Assembly: GCA_951406725.2 (NCBI GenBank)
Contig: OX597818.1
Span: forward strand, 53,630,001 to 53,694,000
Direction of reading: 5' to 3'
DNA from: Octopus vulgaris
Taxonomy: Eukaryota
Length of the DNA stretch: 64,000 nt
Part shown: positions 39,846 to 56,286 of the stretch, piece by piece
Numbering within the stretch: position 1 is the first letter of the stretch
How the letters are laid out: each line of letters starts with the position of its first letter
Position numbers and translations under genes: made by a program
The notes under the pieces: generated by a model
Seen by the model: the letters and a program-made list of their open reading frames with translations, nothing else
The model's database searches: none
Told to the model about the DNA's origin: nothing

Positions 39846-41739
39846 TCTGCTTCCTTCTCATATATTTAAGTCAGAGACAAAGTTGTGCCCAGCTTTCGAT
39901 ACATACCGTAACTGTGTCTAATTTCTTTTTCAAACTACCTGATGAGAAACCAATATATATCTTCAAAGAAGTGTTGGGTTTAATAGACAAGATATTATCT
40001 GTACAATTTCGGCGCTGGTGTCTAACGAATTATTGAGTATATGAAATTAGATAGAAACAACTTCAGTCGTTTCTCTTGACCATTATTACGTCATAATAGA
40101 AACAGTTGAAAAGACTGTTTCAAACATTTTCCTCTTTGAATTATATTCCGCTTCTGTATTTTAATAATGTTTCAATATTGAAAATTAGGTAACAACGGAA
40201 TATGTCTGGTTTGGCAAAGTCAAAGACGAAAATTTACGAACGACTATATTTCTAAACTTGAACAAAGTGTGTGTGAGTTGTGTGTGTGCCTGTGTGTGCG
40301 CGCCACTACAACAAAAGCAGCAGGTAAAAGATCTACAAGAAACACGACCAAAACAACAGTAGCAGCAACAGCAAAATTAACCACAAAAATCTCATAGATG
40401 AACCTGTCAAGAGAAATTGATGAAATTCAGAAAAGAAAACAAAATTGCATGTCAAGAATAAGCTAACGATGACATATTTGGTGAGAACTAAACTGAAAGT
40501 TCTTTCTTGTACTTTTCTTCACAGCCTAACCACGCTACTTTCTAAATAGCTTCTGTATAAATGCACTTGATCTAGAGCCAGCAGAAAAAGGACTTGTTAA
40601 ATAAACTCAAGTTACTATGTATGAATGTGATAGCCATCAGCGAACCCAGAATTTCAGAGTCGCATTCGCTTTCTTCCCTATTGGCCCACTGTGTTGTTCG
40701 ACCTAATTATAATGTTACATAAATGCTTGCTCCTAGGATCGGATGTTAAGTTGATGCTACTGGATGTGAGAATCCGTAAGCACTTTGGCAACATAAGACA
40801 GTACATCTTTTACTTCACAACAAACGTTTAGCGACTGAATTTCTTTAAGTCTGTTTTTCATTAATGTTGACAAGAACCCCTTAGGACGGAAATACATTAC
40901 GGTCTTTGAAACAAGTAAGAGAAAATAGTGACAGATTGACAAAATCACAAAAGTAACTCCCAGAATAAACACAACGAAATTAAATAAAATACGGACATTA
41001 ATAATCACTTCTACAATTAGCACAAAGCTTGAAATTTGAGAGAAGGAGACTTACATCGACCCCAATATTCAACTGGTGTTTATTTTATTGACCCCAAAAG
41101 GATGAAGTTGACCGACCACGGCGAAAATTGAACTCAAAACGTAATGACGGACGAAATGTCGCTAAGAATTTTTTTCTCGGTGCAGGAATGATTCTGCAAG
41201 CTCGCTGCTTTAAATAATGAAGTTATTAATGAAAAAACATTGTAAATGATAAAACTGAACTTACGTAACAGCATTTCTTCCGGTTTTGTATTTTGATCTC
41301 AAACTCCCGGAGATCGATTTTATCATTTATCCTTCCAGGATCGATAAATAAATATCCGTTGAACACTGGGGTCAATGTAATAGACGAGGCCCCTCCCCAG
41401 ATATTTCTGGTTCTGTGCCTAAAATAGAAAGAACACGACTGATCGCATACTGGCTACGTGGATCGTAAATAAAAGGAGTGAGTTGTATGCAGCTATATAA
41501 AGAATTCTACATATATCGTCTCTTAAAGTAATTCATGTCTATAAAACTGTGACTAAATGAAAGTAAATTACATTATATTTGGTTAATGTAATTATAGACG
41601 ATATGAACACGAGATGTTCCTTTCCGTAGACAAATGCGAACTGGCAGAATTGTTTCATTTTAGGACAATATCGCTTTCAGTATTTCTGATTCTCAGAGCT
41701 ATGCGTTCAAATCATACCAACGCTGGTTTTGATTTCATC

Positions 41740-41971
41740 TAGGCGGCGAGTTGGCAGAAACGTTAGCACGCCGGGCGAAATGCTTAGCGATATTTCGTCT
41801 GCCGTTACGTTCTGAGTTCAAATTCCGCCGAGGTCGACTTTGCTTTTCATCCTTTCGGAGTCGATAAATTAAGTACCAGTTACGCACTGGGATCGATGTA
41901 ATTGACTTAATCCGTTTGTCTGTCCTTGTTTGTCCCCTCTGTGTTTAGCCCCTCGTGGGTAGTACAGAAAT
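41740..41971 (+). mobile_element. SINE family A nested in an older related copy
   Basis: TSD GGTTTTG(A/C)TTTCATC. Confidence 0.9.
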
Positions 41972-42399
41972 AGGTTTTGCTTTCATCCCTTGGGGCTAAG
42001 GTACCACTGTATGGCAATGAACTGGCGGAATTGGTAAAACATCGGAGGAGTTACCTTGTAGTGTTTGTTCCAGTTCTTCCTGTTCGGAGTTTTTGTTGGG
42101 ATAGATTTAATCCGTTGATCGGTTTGACAACCCCACTGGCTCTCGGGGGTCTTTAATGGAGTTTGCTTTATTGCAAACTTTCGGGTTAAGCCTGAGACTT
42201 GAAAGTATCTTCCTTTCATGGAGGAACTAAGAAAACCTATGGGTCGTGAGGGTTTCATTTCAGTCTCTGAGTAAATGATAAAACTCCTTAAGATGGCACT
42301 TAACTGAAATATTAAATACATGTTTGTGCAAAAATAGATATTATTGGTATTCACCATCAATAAGTATAAATATATATGTCATAAAAATATATATATATC

Positions 42400-43700
<1,301 letters not shown>

Positions 43701-43734
43701 GCACATTTTATATCCCCAACACAAAGCTTAAAAA

Positions 43735-45307
43735 TAAAATGACTGGTTTAATACCGGACCCAGGTGTACGACTCCATTTGAAACCCTCCGAGTTAATAGC
43801 TAATAATCGATATAAGCCGTTCATTAGGAATGGAGGTCTAATGGATTTATTAATAATAATGATATTAACAATAAAGCTGATGTGTGTAGCTATAAAACAA
43901 TCCAGTCAAACTAAAAATTCTTGAATACGGGAAGTCATTTGGTATGCCCCCACCTCGACTTTCTCCCTTAGAATCAGAAATTTGCCTAGTTTGTTTTTCA
44001 AAATGCTAGAGGAAAATTTCCCGAAAAGCCACAAGTACTACTCTAGGCTTTCAATTAAGTTTTCATGCTCGGTAACACCAAAATTGTGATCCATTATTGC
44101 TTCTTCGAATAGAAGTAAAATAAATGGAAAGCGTAATTTGGCACCTGTTACAGATGTGCGTGCCAATAATATGGTTAACAATCCAAGGGACAATGATGAA
44201 TTATTGCACTCTTCACTGCCATCAGGCGTTGACGATTCAGCGTTTGGGAATGTTTCTGTAGGAGAAAATATGGGACCCTATAAAATTTGCCAGGCTGTTG
44301 GGACTCCGAAATTTAGTTGTAATTTCAGAACCCCAAATTTATATCCCCTTAAGGGGGTTTGCTTAAGAAAAAACGTAGTCTATAAATGTATTGTAAGAGG
44401 GGAGAATAATTTGGTTTGGGAATATATTGGGAGCATTATTGATTTTAAAATATGTATGGCTCCCATGGGCTCATTTTTGAATGCCGAATGCTCCAATTCT
44501 ACTACATTTGGTATACTGCCAATGATTTGAATATAAGCTATAGTACTGAATGGTCAGTCCTGTCCGAAGCCCCCTCCTTTTAATGCCAATTTAAACATAT
44601 GCAGATTATGCCCAAGGGAACTGTACTTGATTCTTAAAAGTTTTGGACCAAAACTCCGAAATGAATTGTCTGATATGGTCCCTTTTCAAATTCAGTAGAA
44701 CCTGTAGCAAATTCTTTATCTTTGAAATGGACAATGGACTAAACCTCGCTCGAATCCACTGAATTCTTATTTTAACTTATCTGCCACTGAACAATGTAAT
44801 AACTAGAAATATGAAGTTTTCTCCTGATGAAAAGGTGTTGCCGTTGGATATCCTTAATGGATTGTACATTAACGATGTGAAGCAGCACTATTTGAAACGA
44901 TTGTAGAGATTGGCTTGAATGAACTCTATTCTGGTTTCCTTACATTTTATTTTTTATATTTATATTCTTGTATTTCTATATAATTATATTTATATTATTT
45001 TAGATCCATTTCCTTAAATTTTTAGTCGCCTTTATTATGCATGAATTTACTTCATATATTTTTCTTCATTCGACTTCATCCGTATTACCCTTCTAGGTTT
45101 TATTATTTTAATACATATTTATATTCGATTTTTGATAATTTGGGAATAATATAAAGTTGTTGTTACCGATTGGAGTATTTATTCATTATACCTTTCGATT
45201 AATTTCTCCTTTCACCTGAGCTACTTCCAGGTGTAGTCCTATTTTTATTTTTGTTCTTCGGTTTCAGGAAATTGCCTTTCGGTTCAACGAAGTTATAGAA
45301 TTATCCT

Positions 45308-45308
<1 letters not shown>
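43735..45308 (+). mobile_element. Penelope-like element 3' remnant (GIY-YIG endonuclease, Neptune-like), pseudogenised
   Basis: REVIWYAP...FFKMLEENFPKSHKYY...KFSCS; CNFRTPNLYPLKGVCLRKNVVYKC...YIG...FK; downstream hammerhead; TA tracts on both sides. Confidence 0.85.
44820..44909 (+). ncRNA. Type I hammerhead ribozyme with canonical core
   Basis: UCUC-CUGAUGA-AAAGGUGUUGC...GCAGCACUAUUU-GAAAC-gauu-GUA/GAGA; stem II about 11 bp, near-palindromic stem III. Confidence 0.75.
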
Positions 45309-45354
<46 letters not shown>

Positions 45355-45504
45355 GTATATATGTGCATATGCGTATATATATATATATATATATATATAT
45401 AACGGGAAGCTTTATGAAAATAAACAAAAGACGAAGGCAGGTTTACGGAAATAAACAAAAGGTACATGTACATATATATATGTATGTGTATATATATATG
45501 TACG

Positions 45505-45556
<52 letters not shown>

Positions 45557-45667
45557 ATATATGTGCATGTATATATATATATATATATGTACATATATAT
45601 ACATACATATATATATGCATATGCATATAAATACATATGTATATATACATAAATATATATATACATA

Positions 45668-47434
<1,767 letters not shown>

Positions 47435-48629
47435 TGATATGCTGTAGTTAACACAAGTTATACTGTATAAATTAGAATCTAATCTATTAAATGAATCATT
47501 TTTGATAAAAATATAAATATTTGGATAAAGTTACCAAGGCATTTCCTCTTTTTTTAATATATGTGTATTTAATCTTATATACTTGTGTATGCATGTATGC
47601 ATATAAGTATGCTTATATGTGCATAGATATGTATATCGTATTTACTAATCCACAAGCTGCAATTTTTGTCCACAGCTTTAATTCTAAGAAATTATAGGTG
47701 GGACCCACACTTGAGAAATTATAGGTGTGACCTACACTTAAGGAATCTCGTGTAAGATATTTATCCGTTATCTCAACCAGCTATTATTTTAAAGGTGAAA
47801 AAATGGGTGCAGTCATCTTGAATATGTTAATATATATTTCAATGTTTGTAAACTAAACCTAGAATTCGAGTAACTTAACGTATCACCGAGAAGAGACATT
47901 TTAATTTCCACAACCTTCATTTTGAAGCAAATAAAGCTGCAAAATTTAACTTCCAAGTAGAACAGATTGGTAATTTGGATGACATTTCTAGATTTTTTTG
48001 TCTCTCTGATAGCAATAGTACAATTGATATTATTGGAGGAAAAACTATTCACGTGAGAATCACAAGACAAAAAATAACACAGATTTAAATCGGTATTTGT
48101 GCTAAATTTTGGCTCGTCGTCATCTCAAGGCAGGACGGATTAAGGATAATACTAGAGTTAAACCAAGTAGGGAGTCAGAGGCCTGGTTTCCTCTGAAGAA
48201 ATCGCTTCCAGCAAAAAACAAGTTTCTTACACACAAGACAGAAAATTTGAAGGAAAGGATCAAATTGCTAAACACAACCAAAGCTATGAGATCAGGTGAC
48301 GTCATATCTTTGCTGCAATTTTTGGATATGATGCTGAATAAACCATCAAAGAAGAGAATTCAAACGATCTTGAATATCTATGAACTAGAAGGAACTGACC
48401 AAAGGTAATCTCAAGAAGCCAAATCTCACTCTTGTAACATCGTAGGTAAAGAATGCATGAAACGATATTCTAGTTCAGCTGATGAGTTTACAGAAGATGG
48501 GAATATTAAATCGTATGGATAGTACCGATGAAGACGACCAAGAAGAGAAAGATGAAAAAGACTAAGGTATTACTAGCATCATATAAAGTATAAAGAAAGT
48601 AGGTGCCCTGGAAATTGCTGTCTCGGGTC

Positions 48630-48863
48630 CTAGAACCGGTTTGCTGGCTTTCATAGCATGTAAGTAGCCCAAATCACACCACTGCGCCTGAACGAGACGC
48701 CAATCTGTCACTGGGTCACTCATTTAAAGCTGAGTGAACTGGAATAACGTGAAACGAAGAGTTTTAATTTAAGAACGCAATGCAACCTACCAGGACCGGG
48801 AATCGAAACCACAACCTTTCGTCATGAGTGCAGTATCCTAACCACTAGTTCATGCACCTTCAC
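48630..48863 (-). mobile_element. SINE family D, diverged
   Basis: Similar to 37888-38143. Confidence 0.7.
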
Positions 48864-49229
48864 TGGCATGATATGTTCTTTTCCTTTTTTCTTTTCCTTT
48901 TCTACTCTAGTAGTGAAATTGTGTTTCCAAATAGCAAACGTCTATGAAAAAAATCTGTTTAAATATCAGTAAGAAATATTCGACTTTGTGTGGATTTAAA
49001 ATTGAATATATGGGTTATCTATCTGTAAATATCCTTATCAGCTATATTTTTACTAAATACTGTGAATTGCATTGATTCATTCACCAATTTCTGTTTTTAT
49101 AAACACGATTCACTTTAAGAGGAGATAAACTGTAGCCTCCTTTATGTAGCTATATAAAACTGTATTTACATATTGTATTTACAATCCACGTAATTTACAA
49201 CGATGTCCTTCGTATTATCCTCCCTTTAT

Positions 49230-49528
49230 TTGTTGTTGTTGTTTGTTCCTTCTCGAGCAACGCCTGGCTCATTAGGGCCGGTTTCCCAGTTTCCTTGGTG
49301 TGTGGGTTCCCCATCTGGACGGGACGGCGGTCCGTCGCAGGTGAGCTGCAAGTGTGAAAGAAAGTTGTGGCGAAGGAGTCAGCAGAAGTTCGCCATTACC
49401 TTCTGCCGGAGCTGCGTGGAGCTTAGCTGTTTCGCTCATAAACACACACCTCACCCGGTCTGAGATTCGAACTCGCGATCCCTCGACCGCGAGTCTGCTG
49501 CTCTAACCACTAAGCTACGTGCCTCCAC
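49230..49528 (-). mobile_element. SINE family C-related copy with (AAC)n tail
   Basis: tRNA head GTTCGAATC on the minus strand; body related to 23258. Confidence 0.78.
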
Positions 49529-49961
49529 TCTCTTTATTTATTTGTTTCTTTATTAATTTTTTTTTTCACATTTGACAGTTTAGCAAAATCATCAGAAATC
49601 CGGAAAAAATGTTTTGCGACATTTCTTCCAGTTCTTTACAGCCCGAGTTCGAATCCTACTGACATCAACTTTGCGTTTCATCCCACCAGAATCGATAAAC
49701 GAAAATACCAGTAAGAAGAGTGGGATCCTTGCTATTGACTGACACACACCTCTCCAAATTACTGACCGCGTCCCTAGAAACCATTATTGATTCTTTTATT
49801 TTCTATTTCATTCGGTCAATTATTCTATCAAAGATTCTAGGAAAGGACAGCGTTCTTCAATTTTCACATTTGCGGAAGGATCGGGAATATGAAACTCGCA
49901 ACTGCATCATGGAAAAGTTCGGCTATAAATATATATATATATACACACACACATATATACC

Positions 49962-50355
49962 CTTTTACTTGTCTCAGTCATTTGACTGCGGCCATGCTGG
50001 CGCACCACCTTTAGTCGAGCAAATCGAGCCCCGGGACTTATTCTTTGTAAGCCTAGTACTTATTCTACCGGTCTCTTTTGCCGAACCGCTAAGTTACAGG
50101 GACGTAAACACACCAGCGATGTTGGGGGGAGGGCCAAACACAGATACACAAACACATATACGCACATACATATTTACATATATATGCATATATACGACGG
50201 GCTTCTTTCAGTTTCCGTCTACCAAATCCACTCACAAGGCTTTGGTCGGCCCAAGGCTATAGTAAAAGACACTTGGCCAAGGTGCCACGCAGTGGGAATG
50301 AACCCAAATCTATGAGGCTGGTAAGCAAGCTACTTATCACACAGCCACACCTGCA

Positions 50356-50358
<3 letters not shown>
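49962..50358 (-). mobile_element. SINE family B
   Basis: Reverse complement. Confidence 0.87.
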
Positions 50359-50400
<42 letters not shown>

Positions 50401-50434
50401 AAATTTATATGTACATGTATATATATCTATATGT

Positions 50435-50489
<55 letters not shown>

Positions 50490-50519
50490 CATATATTCAT
50501 ACATACATACATACATACA

Positions 50520-50550
<31 letters not shown>

Positions 50551-51122
50551 TTATATATATATATATATATGAATTCTGCCTTATTTGAATCGAGTTGTAT
50601 CGACATTCGATAACTTTCCTCTGGTTACCAGAAGAACGTCTTAAGCACTACTTTGTGTAAACTGTAAATGCGATGCGTCTACGCTCGACTATGTTTACAT
50701 AGCGGTGTAGATTTAATATCAAATTCGCGGTGATGGTGGAGACCCGGTTAATGAATACGCGCGGCCAACTTTGCAATTGATTAACGCCATGGTGAGCGAT
50801 GGGTAGGGGGATCAGGAGGAGGAGAATAGGAGAAGGAGAAGAATAAGTGTTTATCGGACTTATACGGTCTCACTGTCGTTTTGTCTAGAATAACTTATAG
50901 CTCGTCACTCAGTAAAGATTCAAGTGTACAAGTGATTCTAAGAGAAGATCGATCGAACAGTTTCTAAATTATAAGAAACTAGGTCAAATACGGAAGCTTT
51001 TAAAAGGTTTCTATACTTACGTAGTTTTAATTTTCATCCAAAAGCTCAATAAAATATACTGATAGTTATATTTATTTATGTTTTGCTACCCATCTACCTA
51101 TCTATCTATCTACCTGTATAAA

Positions 51123-51253
51123 TAAAATTATAATTTAGGGTATCTAAGAGATACCTCCACGCTGGAAATAGCAGCCAAATGGTTTTAGAGTTAAGTTTTG
51201 GCTGTTATTTCCAGCGTGGAGATATCTCTTAGATACCCTAAATTATAATTTTA
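51123..51253. repeat. Near-perfect inverted repeat, arms about 57 bp
   Basis: TAAAATTATAATTTAGGGTATCTAAGAGATA...CCAAA / TTTGG...TATCTCTTAGATACCCTAAATTATAATTTTA. Confidence 0.95.
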
Positions 51254-51337
51254 ATAATAGTTATTACATTTGAAGGTTTTTATTCCCATGCTGGCCACTT
51301 GATAAGATCGATAATTAAATTGCCCTTTTATATATAT

Positions 51338-51459
51338 ATTTAGCAGAAGCAACAGAGTGACTCAAGATTCGAGAGTTTCGTGCGTTGGTACTTATCAAGT
51401 GATAAGTGTTAATTCACGAAACTCTCGGACCTTGAGTCACTTTGCTGCTTCTGCTAAAT
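51338..51459. repeat. Inverted repeat, arms about 60 bp, each containing a hammerhead remnant
   Basis: ATTTAGCAGAAGCA...GAGAGTTTCGTG / CACGAAACTCTC...TGCTTCTGCTAAAT. Confidence 0.9.
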
Positions 51460-51816
51460 GTTAGTGAAAATATACATATACTCATATTTTGAGTTATATT
51501 TTTCTTGTTAGCACCAACATACCTCGTGTGTGTGTGTGTTTCTGTGTCTGTGTACATATACGTAAGGATATACATACATACATACATACATACATACATA
51601 CATACATACATACATACATACATACATACATACATACATACATACATACAAACTTACATAACACTACCTAAATACCAATCTTGAGAAATTGGGCTTCTCA
51701 GAATCAGAGAGGCGAAAGCTAATTCGAGGACTACAGATCCAATCTATCACTGGAACTGTAAAAATCTGTAAAACTTTCCATAAGTTTATCATTTATACAC
51801 ACATGCGCCCCACCCC

Positions 51817-51850
<34 letters not shown>

Positions 51851-52126
51851 TTATATAGCCCGGTGTAATAGTAGAAGTCACTTGCGCAAGGTGTCAAGCA
51901 GTGGTACTGAACTCGGAACAATGTGATTTAAACTCAGACACAAACTATGGAAAGATAACTAGAATAACCGCAATCAGAATATCGTCTGCTTCTGTGGCAG
52001 CCATTTTCCGGGCAAAAACAGACTCTACCACATTCTAACTATGGATACAAAGCTCCATAGTTAGAATGTTAGTGAACAATCAAATGATGGTATTACTCGA
52101 AATCGAATTGGAAACATTATGTACTA

Positions 52127-52340
52127 GAGGGCGCTGAAAAGTTCCTGGCTTTAAGGGTGTCGCGAAAGGCCTGGTCGGAGGCCCAACATTCCGACTTCTT
52201 TTACAGGGGCTAGAAAAACTGAAGGACCGCTCCAATGAGTGTGTGAATCTGAGAGCGGAACATGTTGGATAAAATCATAATTAACTTATCCTCCTGTATT
52301 TTCTTTTACCCAAAACCAGGAACTTTTCAGTACCCCTCGT
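52127..52340 (+). mobile_element. Mariner-derived MITE
   Basis: TIRs GAGGGCGCTGAAAAGTTCCTGG / CCAGGAACTTTTCAGTACCCCTC; internal FYRG...EKLKDR.NECVNL..EHV resembles a mariner transposase C-terminus. Confidence 0.85.
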
Positions 52341-53511
52341 GTGTGTTTATGAATATAAGCAAATGATAAACAGATCTTCGTTCGTAATCAACTCGACGGA
52401 TTAAGAGGTTGAGTATTTCAACTAGCACTTTTACCTCTATCGTAATTCTCAGTCAAGATCATATATGTGTGTGTGACCATATATATGAAATTACAGAGAA
52501 ATTCGTTATAAAAGTCCAACAGAAGGAGAAGTGAAAACAACTAAACTTAGGAGAAAACACACCAAAAACTTATGAATGATTTCATTGGCTCAACACAAAA
52601 GCAAACGATCGTCCAAAGAAGAAAATGGATTTTCTGTGTATAGTAGGCTTTACTTAGATAAATATACAATTGAAAATATGTTTCAACATTTGCTATGAGT
52701 AGTTCAAGTCACTAAGGAGCGCGTGTGCTATGAAAACTTCCGGTTGTATTTATAAAGTTAGTGCATTCATTATTCAACAGTCTGGTGAGTTTTAGAAAGA
52801 TTTTTCAATGGCTGCTTTGGTTTTGTTCCCGTGTAAACAGGTTATTGAACTGAGTGTCGACATAGATTGACGCCAATGTTGTTTCTCAGGGACGAAAACA
52901 ACTGGAGCACTGTTGTTTAACATTGTCAGTCCACAATTTATTCAATGAAGTCTCTATAAAATGTCATTTTAACATATTCCGTCCTTTCATATCAGAGTTT
53001 TCAATACGACATATGAGATTTAAATACTAACTCGCGTGTAAAGAGCTAACAGAGCTGTTCTCATTCATCCGGGCACATTTTCTCAGTCGCTCTATACCTA
53101 CCTTCATTTATAAATTCGCACAGATACACACACAACGCATGCAGAGACACACACACACCTATCGTACATATAAGTACATATATATATATTTCTAAGTACA
53201 TCTACATATGTTTGTATAAATATATGAATATATGTCTGTGTGGGCGCGCCTATATGTATATACGTGTGTATGCGTGTCTGTGTTAGTATGTAAGTATATA
53301 TACATACACACAAACACATATGTATACATGTATATATATATATGTGTGTATGTATATAGACAGACAGAAGACACACACAGAAAGGAAGAAGCCAAAAGTG
53401 AAGGCATAGGAGGCTATAATATCACCTGAATGAATATGTGTATTTGTACGTGTATGTGTGTATGTATGTGTGTGTGTATGTGTGTGTGTGTGTATGTGTG
53501 TGTGTGTTTGT

Positions 53512-53751
53512 ACTCTTTAACTCTTCTACTTGTTTCAGTCATTTGACTGCGGCCATGGTGGAGCACCGCCTTTAGCCGAGCAAATCGACCCCAGGACTTA
53601 TTCTTTGTAAGCCTAGTACTTATTCTATCGGACCCCTTTTGCCGAACTGCTAAGTTACGGGGACGTAAACACACCAGCATCGGTTGTCAAGCGATGTTGG
53701 GGGGACAAACACAGACACACAAATGTACACACACACACACTCTCACATATA

Positions 53752-53791
<40 letters not shown>

Positions 53792-53958
53792 CATATATAC
53801 GACGGGCTTCTTTCAGTTTCCGTCTACCAAATCCACTCACAAAGCTTTGGTCGGCCCGAGGTTATAGTAGAAGACACTTGCCCAAGATGCCACGCAGTGG
53901 GACTGAACTCGGAACCATGTGGTTGGTAAGCAAGCTACTTACCACCCAGCCGCTCCTA
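53512..53958 (-). mobile_element. SINE family B
   Basis: Reverse complement, near full length. Confidence 0.9.
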
Positions 53959-54129
53959 ACATTATTTTATAAGCAACATTTATCAGTTCTTCTTTATGAA
54001 CGAATGAGCGGTACAGCAAACTCTGGCGGGGATCGAACCAAGCAATTTTTAGAATCAGACAATACGATTCTTGACAGACATCACAGTTATTAATGATGGA
54101 AAAAAAAAACCATGAAATAAATCAATAAT

Positions 54130-54535
54130 TTCTCTGTTATTACAAGTCATAAGTGACTCTCTTTTATCAGAAACCATAGATCATTCTGTTATCACAATAT
54201 TGTATTACTTATTTAATACTGATCATAAGTATCACTCAATGCAGATTACGGATAATCTAACTATCAGTTATTACTGGTCACACGTACAACTCATTTGTTA
54301 CGGATCATGGAGAAATCTTAGTTATTACAAATCATAAGTAACTTTTAGTTACATGTTTGTATCATTTATTCCCAGTCATAGATAGCTCTCATTTCTTACT
54401 TATCATAATTATTGTTGGTCATAAGTTTCTGATTTCCTTATTTGTTGGTCATAAGTTTCTATGAAGTTATTTCTGGTTTTAAGTATCTATCACTCACTTA
54501 TTAACGTTAGTCAGAGATATTGTTGTCATAGGTCT
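54130..54535. repeat. Degenerate minisatellite, about 28 bp unit
   Basis: Recurrent TTATT(A/G)..GGTCATAAGT-like motif. Confidence 0.6.
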
Positions 54536-54647
54536 ATCAATGAGCACTGGGACTCCTAAGACCGGCATCCCGTCCCCACCTGGACCGACGTCGGTCTGTC
54601 ACAGGGTTAATTCCCTAGCTATTACTAGAACTCGTTTACAGCTAGAG

Positions 54648-54990
54648 ATCTTTGAAATGTTGGTGCATAACAGAACGATATGAGTCTCTGACAAGAATCA
54701 TCGGATAACTGAATGGATGTAACAACAATAAGGTGAAAGACAACAAGTGAACATTGTGAAAAAACGAAAGCTCATCTATTATGGCTATATTCGAAGACGC
54801 AGAGGTTTGGAAAACATTGACATGGAAGGAAGAACAGGGGGCAATAGATCAAAAGGAAGACATAGAATGCAGTGGATGGACAATATAGAGAGCTAATTGG
54901 AAAAGAGTGGCAGAGCAGGTGGAAAATTTACACTTAATTGTAAAGATTTTCTTTGTAGTCTCATCAATGCGCAACAGGTGTTCGATACAT
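54648..54990 (+). pseudogene. RTE-BovB-like LINE 3' fragment
   Basis: FEM...VKKRKLIYYGYIRRRRGLENIDMEGRTGGNRSKGRHRMQWMDNI. Confidence 0.78.
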
Positions 54991-55703
54991 GATGGCATTT
55001 ACAGCTGAGTGGACCGTGTGTGAGTATACCAGTACATGATGGCTTCCCCCTCGTTATCGAGTATGGTCATTGCACGAAGCTTAATCAATGTTGTTATCAT
55101 GCAATGCCTGTGCAAAAAGATTTTTTTTAAAGTGAGGAAAGGCTGTGCACTGAGTCAATCCCACTCACTATGCAACAGCAGCCATAATCCGAAAAGAAGA
55201 ACAAGTCAACATCATCGGTAACCACTGAGCCGCAGGTTTTATGTCGGAGTTATCTCAGTTACCTGAGTTACCTTCTCCTAGAAGGATGCCCTAACAAAGG
55301 CTAGGAGTCCTTCACTCCCAATGGTTTAACCGCGCGATCGGGTATTCAGTCCGATTATTTCTATGTCCCCGCGCATGATACAGCCTTAAGACATTTATTG
55401 GATGGCCGTTGACTCTCAAGAGTTCCTCCGCCCTTTGTTTTTCATCCCGCAGGGTGTCCAATAAACACCCTCCTCACCAAGCAAGCTTGGTGGGGTTGCC
55501 GGTTTAGACGCCGACGGCCCGACCATGCATACATACATACATACATACATACATACATACATACATACATACATACATACAAGCAAAAATACCCTGTTGT
55601 TGATGTTGAAATTCCAATGAAGGTGCCTTGGATCTGGGTTAGAAACCGGCTCTTCCTCCCTTTGCAAGAAATCTTGACATAAAACTAAACAATGACGTTC
55701 ATC

Positions 55704-55744
<41 letters not shown>

Positions 55745-55867
55745 CGTGCTTCCACTTATTGCTCGGCTTAGGAATCGAAACGACGTTCTTTATGATCTTG
55801 AGTGACAAGTATCTCTCGGTCACAGATATCTCTCGTTTATTATTGGTCATGTAGGAGGGTACATGCC

Positions 55868-56286
55868 TATTTCTTTACTACCCACAAGAGGCTAAACACA
55901 GAGAGGACAAAGTAGGACAGACGAACGGATTAAGTCGATTACATCGACCCCCAGAGCGTAACTGGTACTTAATTCAACGACCCCGAAAGGATGAAAGGCA
56001 AAGTCGACCTCGGCGGAACTTGAACTCAGAACGTAACGGCTGATGAAATACCTATTTCTTTATTACCCACAAGGGGCTAAACACAGAGGGGACAAACAAG
56101 GACAGACATAGGTATTAAGTCGATTACATCGACCCCAGTGCCTAACTGGTACTTAATTTATCGACCCCGAAAGGATGAAAGGCAAAGTCGACCTCGGCGG
56201 AATTTGAACTCAGAACGTAACGGCAGACGAAATACCACTAAGCGTTTCGCCCGGCGTGCTAACGTTTCTGCCAGCTCGCCGCCTTG
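55868..56286 (-). mobile_element. SINE family A dimer
   Basis: TSD GGAGGGT.CAT.CC. Confidence 0.9.

Noticed and set aside
39935-40000. Other CTGANGA occurrences (e.g. 39939, 48479, 56040, 61837 minus)
   Set aside because: No matching stem II, GAAA and stem I arrangement found
48109-48600. 99-aa ORF and acidic stretches, possibly a transposase remnant
   Set aside because: No recognisable motif or TIRs
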